DNA of 32,000 nucleotides, from assembly GCF_001598795.1 (NCBI RefSeq), contig NZ_BCZP01000027.1, positions 40,313-72,312 of the forward strand, read 5' to 3'. Positions 17,561-24,466 of the stretch are shown in pieces; positions within the stretch are counted from its first letter, which is position 1, and each line of letters opens with the position of its first letter. The stretch comes from Delftia acidovorans NBRC 14950 (GTDB lineage Bacteria; Pseudomonadota; Gammaproteobacteria; Burkholderiales; Burkholderiaceae_C). The notes beneath the pieces are model-generated. The model saw nothing but the letters and a program-made list of their open reading frames with translations. It was not told the DNA's origin and did no database searches. The translations under genes were made by a program, and so were the position numbers.

Positions 17561-18733
17561 ATGAGCGCACAAACTCCCCAGACTGACGAAGGCTCCACGG
17601 CCAGGCTGGAACGCCTGGAAGCCTATCTGCGTGAAGACCCGTCCAACCCCGGCCTGCTGACCGAGGCCTTTGGGGCGGCGCTGCAGTGTGCCCAATGGGA
17701 GCGTGCCGCCTTTCACCTGCGGCACGCCCAGGCGCTGCAGCCCGGCAACCTGGCCTGGTCGCTGCGCGAAGGCGACCTGCTGCTGGCCCAGGGCCAGTAC
17801 CAGCTCGCCGCCGAACTGCTGGATGCCCTGCTGTCGCTGGACGGCGCACCCCGAGAATTCACCGATGCCGTGCTGCACAACTTGGCCTGGATCGCCTTCC
17901 AGGATGGCCGCTACCAGGATTGCGCAGACAGGTTGACTTCCAGGCTGCAGGATCTGGACCACCCTGCGTCGGCCGCATTGGCCCGCCTGTGGCTGCGTGC
18001 ATTGCACCATGCAGGCCAGGTCGATCAGGCCGTGGCCTGGGCTGGCGCTGCGGATGCAAGGCAACAACTGCCCGCCGCCGCCGCGGGCGTGGCCAGCCTC
18101 GCAGCCCTGGATGCGGATCAGTTGGAGCGTGCAGGCCAATGGGCCGCCCGTGCGCTGGAGCAGGCCACGCCTGACGACCGCCCCATCGAGGCCTTGGTCA
18201 CCCAGTCCTCGCTGGCGCTGGCCCGCCAGGATGCGGCACAGGCCCGCACGCAGGCCCGCGCCGCCCTGCAGATCAGCCCGCGCGATGGCCGTGCCTGGTC
18301 CGCCCATGCCATGGCCGACCTGCTGGCTGGCGACCTGCCCACGGCCCTGGCCCACTTCGACAACGCCCTAGCCACCATGCCCGGCCATATCGGCACCTGG
18401 CACGGCAAGGCCTGGGCGCAGCTGCTGTCTTCCGACCTGCAGGGAGCGCAGCGTAGCTTCACCAGCGCGCTGGACCTGGACCGCAACTTCGCCGAAAGCC
18501 ATGGCGGCCTGGCCGTGGCCCTGGCCCTGCAGGGCCGCACGGACGAGGCCCAGCAACACATTGAGCGCGCCCTGCGCCTGGACGCCTTCAACCTCTCCGG
18601 ACGCTACGCGCAGGCCATCGTGGGTGGAGAGATCCGGGATCTGGAGTCCTTCCAGGCGCTGGCCAAGCGGCTGTTGCGGGGGCAGGATGGGTTGCTCAAG
18701 GCAGTGCTGGGCGCCTCAAAGGCTGGGCGCTGA
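17561..18733 (+). CDS. TPR-repeat protein
   Basis: GAGGGA precedes the ATG at 17561. The 390-aa protein has repeated about 34-aa Ala/Leu/Trp-rich units (e.g. AWSAHAMADLLAGDLPTALAHFDNALATMPGHIGTWHGKAWAQLLSSDLQGAQRSFTSALDLDRNFAESHGGLAVALALQGRTDEAQQHIERALRLD). Confidence 0.7.
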   Translation: MSAQTPQTDEGSTARLERLEAYLREDPSNPGLLTEAFGAALQCAQWERAAFHLRHAQALQPGNLAWSLREGDLLLAQGQYQLAAELLDALLSLDGAPREFTDAVLHNLAWIAFQDGRYQDCADRLTSRLQDLDHPASAALARLWLRALHHAGQVDQAVAWAGAADARQQLPAAAAGVASLAALDADQLERAGQWAARALEQATPDDRPIEALVTQSSLALARQDAAQARTQARAALQISPRDGRAWSAHAMADLLAGDLPTALAHFDNALATMPGHIGTWHGKAWAQLLSSDLQGAQRSFTSALDLDRNFAESHGGLAVALALQGRTDEAQQHIERALRLDAFNLSGRYAQAIVGGEIRDLESFQALAKRLLRGQDGLLKAVLGASKAGR

Positions 18734-20705
18734 GGACTGCCAGAACTGGCGCCGGCAGCACCGAATCCAGGCTGCCCGTGACCCGGCTCGGGTCATAGGG
18801 CTGGAAGGTGTCTGCGTTGTTGGCGTTCAGGGCCAGCTTGGGGATGCTCAGGGTCTGGCCGGCCGTGAGCTCGCCGTCGCCTGAGACAGCCAGGCCGTTG
18901 GCTTCCGCGATGCGCCACCACAGGCTGCTGTCGCCCAGCACGTTGCGGGCAATGGTCTTGAGGGTTTCGCCACCGACCACGGTGTAGCTCATGGCGCTGA
19001 AGCTGGTGTCGCGCAGCTTCAGGGCAGGGGCGTTGAGGTTGAATTCGGCGGTGTTGACGTATTTGGGGACATCTCCAGCCTTGGGCGGGTTCTCGGAGTC
19101 AGGGGCGTCGCCGTAGCGGGCCAGGACTTCGCCGTTGGCCACCAGTTGCCGTTGCACGTGGCCGGGGTTGATGGCGTCGCCGATGAAGCCGCCGATGTAG
19201 CCACCGGGCTCGTTCTGGATGCGGCCGCCCTTGTCGGCCGTGGTGCCGGCGCTCTGGTTGACGTAGAGCGCATTGCCCTGGGCATCATTGACGAAGGCCC
19301 GGTTGTAGCGGGTGTCGTAGACCTCCCCTTTCTGCTCGATGTTGCTGATGAAGCCGTTGGCGTCGCGCCACGTGTTGGTGGTGGCCGTGCGGCCGCCCTG
19401 GGTGGTGGTGGACTCGGTCTGCTGGTAGCCGCCATTGAACTGGTGCTGGTAGGTGGTGCGCACGGCGTCATTGGTGCGGCCATCGGTGGTCTGCAGGTTT
19501 CCGCGCAGGTTGCCTGCGGCGTCATAGCCCAGAGAGGTGTCGCCGGCAGCGCCGTGGTAGGCGATGTCGATGTGCTGGGTCTTTTGCTGGTTGTCGGTGC
19601 GGCGCATGACCACGCGGGTGTCCTGCAGACGGCCCAGGTTGTCGTACTGGTTGTAGCGGTGTTCGTCGTTCCAGAGATTGTTGCTGCGGGCCAGCGACAT
19701 CGCATAAACCTGGCGGCCGGCACCATCGTAGCGGATGGTGTCGGTGCGCTCGGCAATGCCGTAGCCCGAGTAGCTTTCGATCCGGTTCAGGTCGTCGTAG
19801 ATGTATTGGTAGGTGCCCCGCGTGTCGGCGACACCGGCCGTGGTGCTTTTCTCGAAGACGGTGTCCTGGATGCGGTTGCCAGCCTGGTCGTAGAGGTAGT
19901 CATGCGACTTGAGCAGGGTGCCGTTGGGGGTGGCACCCTGGTATTCGCGGCTGGCGAGCTGCCGGTTCATGGCGTCGTAGCCGTAGGTCGTCACGCTTTC
20001 GTTGACGAACTGCTGGTACTGGCCCGGGGACTGGTAGGTCTTGCCTTCGTTCTTGATGGTGTAGAGGTTGTTGATGACGCTGGTCTTGACCTGGCTGCGA
20101 TTGCCGGCCAGGTCGTAGCTGATGCGCACGTCGGTGCGGCCATCGAAGCTGGCGCGCAGGCGGTTCTGGGCATCGTAGAACAGGTGGTTGTCCTGGTAGA
20201 CCACGTTTTCGATGAGGCCGGAGGACAGCTTGGTCTTCTGGGTGAGCTTTTCGGTGAGTCGGTTGCCGGCCAGGTCATAGGTGTAGCTGCTGAGCTGGCC
20301 CAGGTAGTTGTCCTTGATTTCGATGAGCTGGCCGGCGCCATCGTAGCGGTAGTCCAGGCTCTTGCCCTTGGTGTTGCCCTCATGGGTGAGCTGGCCGGCC
20401 TTGTTGTAGTCGTACTGGTAGTAGACGCGTGCGCCGTTACCCAGCTGCGAGTCGCTGCGGGCTGTCAGGCGGCCGAAGATGTCGTAGCTCCAGTCCTGGC
20501 TCATGAGGTTGGGGTCGGTGAAGCCGATCTTGCGGCCCAGGGCATCGTAGCGGTAGTAGCTGACGTTGCTCATTTCGCCCAGTTTCATGGTGGGGTCGGG
20601 TAGGGCCAGCGATGCGGTGACCTTGACCTGCTCCTGGCCCAACTTGGCCTTCATCATGCCGCTCGTTCTGTTGCCGAACGGTGCGGAAACCTGGGACAGG
20701 GTCAA
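18696..20705 (-). CDS. Truncated YD-repeat/LysM protein: internal-fragment paralogue of the large toxin gene (probable relic/pseudogene)
   Basis: The 669-aa ORF has a TTG start. Residues from GQEQVKVTAS to ...GSLDSVLPAP align with aa about 1081-1718 of the large ORF, covering the YD repeats and the LysM domain YTVVGGETLKTIARNVLGDSSLWWRIAEANGLAVSGDGELTAGQTLSIPK at 18837-18986. It lacks the N-terminal half, TM segment, junction motif and toxin tip. Its last 38 nt overlap the TPR gene's 3' end. Confidence 0.65.
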   Translation of the reverse strand: MTLSQVSAPFGNRTSGMMKAKLGQEQVKVTASLALPDPTMKLGEMSNVSYYRYDALGRKIGFTDPNLMSQDWSYDIFGRLTARSDSQLGNGARVYYQYDYNKAGQLTHEGNTKGKSLDYRYDGAGQLIEIKDNYLGQLSSYTYDLAGNRLTEKLTQKTKLSSGLIENVVYQDNHLFYDAQNRLRASFDGRTDVRISYDLAGNRSQVKTSVINNLYTIKNEGKTYQSPGQYQQFVNESVTTYGYDAMNRQLASREYQGATPNGTLLKSHDYLYDQAGNRIQDTVFEKSTTAGVADTRGTYQYIYDDLNRIESYSGYGIAERTDTIRYDGAGRQVYAMSLARSNNLWNDEHRYNQYDNLGRLQDTRVVMRRTDNQQKTQHIDIAYHGAAGDTSLGYDAAGNLRGNLQTTDGRTNDAVRTTYQHQFNGGYQQTESTTTQGGRTATTNTWRDANGFISNIEQKGEVYDTRYNRAFVNDAQGNALYVNQSAGTTADKGGRIQNEPGGYIGGFIGDAINPGHVQRQLVANGEVLARYGDAPDSENPPKAGDVPKYVNTAEFNLNAPALKLRDTSFSAMSYTVVGGETLKTIARNVLGDSSLWWRIAEANGLAVSGDGELTAGQTLSIPKLALNANNADTFQPYDPSRVTGSLDSVLPAPVLAVLSAQPLRRPALP
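18754..20638. repeat. 1.9-kb dispersed duplicate (copy 1) of the YD-LysM coding segment
   Basis: By-eye alignment with 26838-28745. Blocks about 18754-19430 and about 20058-20425 are nearly identical. The centre (about 19430-20055) and the distal end (about 20425-20638) are divergent. Confidence 0.85.
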
Positions 20706-20821
20706 GCGGCGTGCTTCGGTCGCTTTCGCTTTCTATACCCCAACCTCATGGGTCCGCGTGGACGCGTACCCGGCGCTTGGACCGCTCCCGCACGAGGTCG
20801 GCCTCTGCAACGCTGCGGCAA

Positions 20822-20990
20822 CCCGCCTTGGGGCGGGCGCACCTTCGCGTCAGCACCGGCGCCTGCCGGAGCCGCCCGTTGTACTCTCGGCAGCAACTCC
20901 AACCCATCCCCCGCCCTTCCCAGGGAAGGGCGCGAGTCGCCTTCTGCCGTGTGCGATGCCAGGCCTTCAACGGCCAAGCACCGCACACGG
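20822..20990. other. Cluster of three perfect GC-rich stem-loops in a 366-bp non-coding spacer
   Basis: The three stem-loops are CCCGCC-ttgg-GGCGGG (20822-20837), CGCCCTTCC-cag-GGAAGGGCG (20912-20932), and CCGTGTGCG-N27-CGCACACGG (20946-20990). No convincing ORF is present. GC is high, unlike the flanking AT-richer cassette. Confidence 0.6.
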
Positions 20991-21071
20991 CGAGCGTCGG
21001 TCGGCACACCACCGCGTCAAGGCCAAGCCCTCACGGGCGGCCGGTGGCCAGTCTGGACCCGGTTGCCGCAG

Positions 21072-21302
21072 CTAATTTGCTTGGAACTCAGCAGGTGTCA
21101 GAACACGAACACCCGCTGCCAGCATTCGCTTGACTACCTCATCAGCATCCAAATTGTTTTCAATGAGCTTTGCCGCCTTCGCATCAGTGTTGACTATCAG
21201 ATATTCCGGCTCACTGCCAGATGCGCCAACATTCATAAGAGCCCACTGCGGCGCAGTCCCATCCCATAAGTATCCATATTGCTGCACTTGCGCTTCCATC
21301 AT
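21072..21302 (-). CDS. Small protein downstream of orphan toxin tip (putative immunity protein)
   Basis: 76-aa ORF (MMEAQVQQYGYLWDGTAPQWALMNVGASGSEPEYLIVNTDAKAAKLIENNLDADEVVKRMLAAGVRVLTPAEFQAN). GC is lower than the genome background. Its position downstream of a toxin-tip ORF is the only functional evidence. Confidence 0.4.
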   Translation of the reverse strand: MMEAQVQQYGYLWDGTAPQWALMNVGASGSEPEYLIVNTDAKAAKLIENNLDADEVVKRMLAAGVRVLTPAEFQAN

Positions 21303-21412
21303 TTGCTCCCTGTGACATCCTTGCTGAATCTAACTACATCCTTGCCTACCGGAACAATCTGAGAACTGCGTTGAGGCGAGCCGATGGCTTCAAGGAAGCG
21401 CATAACTTTCAT
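21299..21412 (-). CDS. 37-aa ORF start-stop coupled to both neighbours (separate peptide or frameshifted 5' part of the immunity gene)
   Basis: Its ATG (21412-21410) overlaps the stop of the orphan tip (ATGA), and its TGA overlaps the ATG of the 76-aa ORF (ATGA). Translation by hand: MKVMRFLEAIGSPQRSSQIVPVGKDVVRFSKDVTGSK. It is not in the supplied ORF track because it is too short. Confidence 0.25.
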   Translation of the reverse strand: MKVMRFLEAIGSPQRSSQIVPVGKDVVRFSKDVTGSK

Positions 21413-22509
21413 GTCCTGTGGACTTGTCCATGCAGTTCCACCAGGGTGCGATAAATCAACATCATGTCACTTTGCAATGGAACGTCAACGGCTCCCTTTT
21501 CGCCAGAATATAAGAAGTACTGCCCTCCACGACTGTTTTGGCCGGGGCCCAGCTTGTAGGTCACTGCAAATTCGACATCATGCTTGACCGTCAGAGCTTC
21601 CAGCTGCACTGGCGTTGGACGCCCTGGCACTGCCACTCCAGAAATACCAGGTAACCCCTCGCCAACTCTTGCACCGTACAAAAGCCTCTCGACCGCGCCG
21701 GTCTCGGCCAACGTCGCACTTCCGACATTGCCAAGACGGTAGTTTCCATACTTCGCCAACTCGGTGCTCAAACTTCGAACACCAGCGCCAAGACCCAATG
21801 CAGCCTGTCCCACATCGTTGAACAGGCTCCCCAATTCGTAGCTTCTCTGGAAGTCGTCGCTCGTGATGGACGATGCCAAACTATACCGGTTGGCGACGTC
21901 TTCGATCAAATTGGTGGCCGTCTCGACAGGACTGCCAGCCAGGTTGATGATGCCCTTGCCCAACGCGCTATTGTTCTCCCAGGAACGTTGCATCAAAGGT
22001 GTGTTGTGGAAGGCACCTCCCGTGACAACATCCAACGCCTGATTAAAGGTGTCGCTGAGCGTGCGAACAGTGCCATAGGCCATTTTCCCAAAGGACGCAC
22101 CAACGCCAGCCACAGCCCGAGCGGACGGCAGTGCGTCGCGCACGCCTGGACCGTATCCATTGCCTGCGTCACTTGCCGTGCTCTGAGGTCCACTGGCAAG
22201 CACCCAAGATTCCTCGGAAATCGGCAGCGTCCCACGCAAACCTTCTATCGAGGAGACATCAAAGTCACCCGCTGTGTCCTGGACATCGCTCGCACGCACA
22301 TTGCCGTACCTCAGCCCCTCACCACTACCAAGCCGCAGACCAGTTCCGTCATCGCCTGAACCGCCGAGGCTGTAGAGCCTGTTGTTGGCCTGGCCGTGCA
22401 GTTCAGTGCCCGTGGACGCACTGGCCACGGACCACCCCAACGCATTCCCAAACGCATCGGTCGCCACCTGCTGCATGCTGACCCGCCCAACCTGGGTGAT
22501 CAAGGCCAC
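21409..22509 (-). CDS. Orphan polymorphic-toxin C-terminal cassette (junction motif plus variable tip of unknown activity)
   Basis: Starts ...ALITQVGRVSMQQVATDAFGNALG..., the same motif that precedes the tip of the large toxin. In-frame homology extends upstream to a stop at 22543-22545 (GAGLAAGT...). There is no credible RBS and only a GTG start. It shares the loose LYSL...GLRLG..GLRYG..RA pattern with the main tip and then diverges. Confidence 0.55.
   Translation of the reverse strand: MALITQVGRVSMQQVATDAFGNALGWSVASASTGTELHGQANNRLYSLGGSGDDGTGLRLGSGEGLRYGNVRASDVQDTAGDFDVSSIEGLRGTLPISEESWVLASGPQSTASDAGNGYGPGVRDALPSARAVAGVGASFGKMAYGTVRTLSDTFNQALDVVTGGAFHNTPLMQRSWENNSALGKGIINLAGSPVETATNLIEDVANRYSLASSITSDDFQRSYELGSLFNDVGQAALGLGAGVRSLSTELAKYGNYRLGNVGSATLAETGAVERLLYGARVGEGLPGISGVAVPGRPTPVQLEALTVKHDVEFAVTYKLGPGQNSRGGQYFLYSGEKGAVDVPLQSDMMLIYRTLVELHGQVHRT
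22436..22473 (-). repeat. Junction box, orphan copy (38 nt identical to 26208-26245)
   Basis: cccaacgcattcccaaacgcatcggtcgccacctgctg was read at both sites. It encodes QQVATDAFGNALG on the - strand. Confidence 0.95.
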
Positions 22510-22586
22510 GGTGCCTGCTGCCAGGCCCGCTCCTGTACGGAATCAGAATTTTGTTTCTATAAATTATTTCGGCATAATTTCTATAT

Positions 22587-23078
22587 TTATTTAGAACTTA
22601 TTGTAAATGAATGGCCTGTGCAAATAATATTTCCATCATTAATATCTACACTGTTTAGCGTTTGAAGTATATGAATTTCTTGATTAATTTCTGTTTTTTT
22701 GTTGAAAAGATAGCCCATGAATTCTGAAGGCAATATTTTTAATAGTACTCTTGAAAGAAGTTCCGATTGATTTTTCAGCATTTTCTCAAAAGATATATAT
22801 CCAGTGTCATGTAAATATTTATAATCCCCTTCAAGCTCTTCGTAGAATCCCTCATCTTCCGATTCACGGTCGATGAAATCCTGATAATATTTCGAAAAAT
22901 GAATGATTGCATCGGAGAACTCAATTTTTAAAAAATAGAAATTAACCTCTTCTGAAGGCAAGGATTTTCCGAATGAATGGTGATCGACTGTTATTTTTGA
23001 GCAATCAATTGGGTGTTTATTTATTTCGCAGTAACGCATTAGAAAAATCCGCCGGGTGGCACTAGTGTAATTTTCCAT
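22587..23078 (-). CDS. AT-rich hypothetical protein (putative immunity/partner of the IS-disrupted orphan module)
   Basis: The ORF is open over 22587-23195. Likely starts are ATG 23078 or ATG 23039, the latter 22 nt after the upstream stop. The DNA is very AT-rich (about 27-30% GC by eye) and the protein is Lys/Glu/Phe/Ile-rich. I recognise no motif. Confidence 0.4.
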   Translation of the reverse strand: MENYTSATRRIFLMRYCEINKHPIDCSKITVDHHSFGKSLPSEEVNFYFLKIEFSDAIIHFSKYYQDFIDRESEDEGFYEELEGDYKYLHDTGYISFEKMLKNQSELLSRVLLKILPSEFMGYLFNKKTEINQEIHILQTLNSVDINDGNIICTGHSFTISSK

Positions 23079-23430
23079 CTGGATGAATGGAAATGTATCC
23101 AGACGGACCAAATGGTTGTCCGGCACGTTCTGGAGGGAAGGGACCACGAACTCCTGATCTTTGAAAAAATTCCTGTGGACTGACGATGAGTCCACTAAGA
23201 GGATTATTTCCAGAGAATATGCGTATTACTCTCTCTGATTTCAATAGGCCTCCGGCATCGAAGTTATCAAGGATGGTTTCAATTTGTTTTGTTTTCATTT
23301 TTGAATTAAAGCCAATATCTAGATCACTGTCCGGTCGGAATTGTTTCTCGCCAGCGAAGAATGATCGTATACGGCTTCCTCCCAAAACAACTTCAACAGG
23401 CTTGGGCGTGTTAAGACTGGCTAACACCAC
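23062..23430 (-). CDS. Nucleotidyltransferase-fold ORF, 5' end disrupted by IS insertion
   Basis: VEVVLGGSRIRSFFAGEKQFRPDSDLDIGF fits the minimal Pol-beta-type NTase pattern (G-S ... D-x-D). The first about 6 codons, including the GTG start, lie inside the IS terminal repeat, so the native N-terminus is missing or displaced. Confidence 0.4.
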   Translation of the reverse strand: MVLASLNTPKPVEVVLGGSRIRSFFAGEKQFRPDSDLDIGFNSKMKTKQIETILDNFDAGGLLKSERVIRIFSGNNPLSGLIVSPQEFFQRSGVRGPFPPERAGQPFGPSGYISIHPDGKLH

Positions 23431-24290
23431 CGATCCACGAAGCGCGCGCAGATGATCGCTGCCGCCAATTTCAGCAGCGCTTCGTGGATATCCAGCCGTC
23501 GTTCAAAGCGGATTCGCAGCTTGCCAAAGCCTGCAAACCAGCTGTGCGTCCTCTCCACCACCCACCGGTGTTTGCCCAGCCGCTCGCTGCTCTCAATGCC
23601 TCGTCTGGCAATCCGGCCAATGATGCCCCGCTGCCTCAGGTGGGCTCGGCATCGCTTGAAGTCGTAGCCTTTGTCGGCGTGCAGCTTTGCCTGTCGTCTA
23701 CGGGGACGTCCTGACAGGCCAGCAATCGCAGGAATCGCGTCCACGCACCTCTCGAACATCTTGGGGTCGTGCCGGTTCGCGCCGCTGACCAAGATCACCA
23801 GCGGGATGCCTCTGGCATCTACGACGATGTGCCGCTTGGGGCCCCGAGCTTGCCTCTGTCCGTGGGGTTTGGGCCCGTTTCCTGGCCCCCCGAGGGCCTG
23901 GTACCGAGGAGCCATCAATGCTGCCTCGGCTCCAATCGATTTGGTCATGTTCACGCAAGCGAGTCAGCATGGCTTGGTGCAGCTGCTCCCAGACACCAGC
24001 GGCATTCCAGTCGCGCAGACGCCGCCAGCAAGTCATGCCGCTGCCGTAGCCCAGGGATTGGGGAAGGTCTTCCCATGGAATGCCTGTTTGCAGCACGAAC
24101 AAGATGCCGTTGAGGGCAGCCTCATCGCTGACTGCGAGCTTGCGCGCGCCGCCTTTGGCAGAAGGCACGAAGGCTGGGATCAGGGGTCGTAGCTGTCGCC
24201 ACAGTTCTTTGCTTGCAGGTCGTCTTGCCATGAGGGCCGCGAACATAACTGCTCCGAGGGCGCCTCTGGGAAAGTAGTGTCAGCTACTCT
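23414..24290 (-). mobile_element. IS5-family insertion sequence (IS427-like size class)
   Basis: Imperfect terminal inverted repeats: AGACTGGCTAACACCAC (23414-23430) versus the reverse complement of 24274-24290, AGAGTAGCTGACACTAC (13/17 matches). It is flanked by TA on both sides (23412-23413 and 24291-24292). It encodes a DDE transposase in two overlapping frames. Its GC is high relative to the AT-rich target. Confidence 0.75.
23421..24246 (-). CDS. IS5-family DDE transposase, split over two overlapping frames (orfA 23698-24246, orfB 23421-23954)
   Basis: orfA reads ...ALNGILFVLQTGIPWEDLPQSLGYGSGMTCWRRLRDWNAAGVWEQL...IDGSSV. orfB reads ALGGPGNGPKPHGQRQARGPKRHIVVDARGIPLVILVSGANRHD...LHADKGYDF...IARRGIESSERLGKHRWVVERTHSWFAGFGKLRIRFERR. 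These are the typical IS5/IS427-group transposase blocks. Confidence 0.8.
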
Positions 24291-24466
24291 TATTACAGGA
24301 TTGCCATTTGCATCGAGGGTTATAAACTGACGACTTGCAAGAGACGGAGTGCCGCCGCGAACACGGAAAAATTCACCGTCGTACCCGCCATCGGTGCGAA
24401 GTTTTCTTCAATGCTAATTGAAACAGCCCACAATATGAAGGTCGTTCATCGATTCATTAGAGTAGC

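Noticed and set aside
20706-21071. Group II intron fragment, tRNA/tmRNA remnant (integration site) or retron ncRNA in the hairpin-rich spacer.
   Set aside because: I could not find a domain V-like hairpin with the AGC triad, a GUGYG 5' end in a convincing context, a T-arm (GGTTCGAATCC-like) sequence, or an adjacent reverse transcriptase or integrase. It is left as an unassigned structured spacer.
23414-23430. GTG start codon of the nucleotidyltransferase-like ORF at 23430.
   Set aside because: The first about 6 codons (MVLASL) are encoded by the IS terminal inverted repeat, so this start is an artefact of the insertion rather than the native N-terminus.
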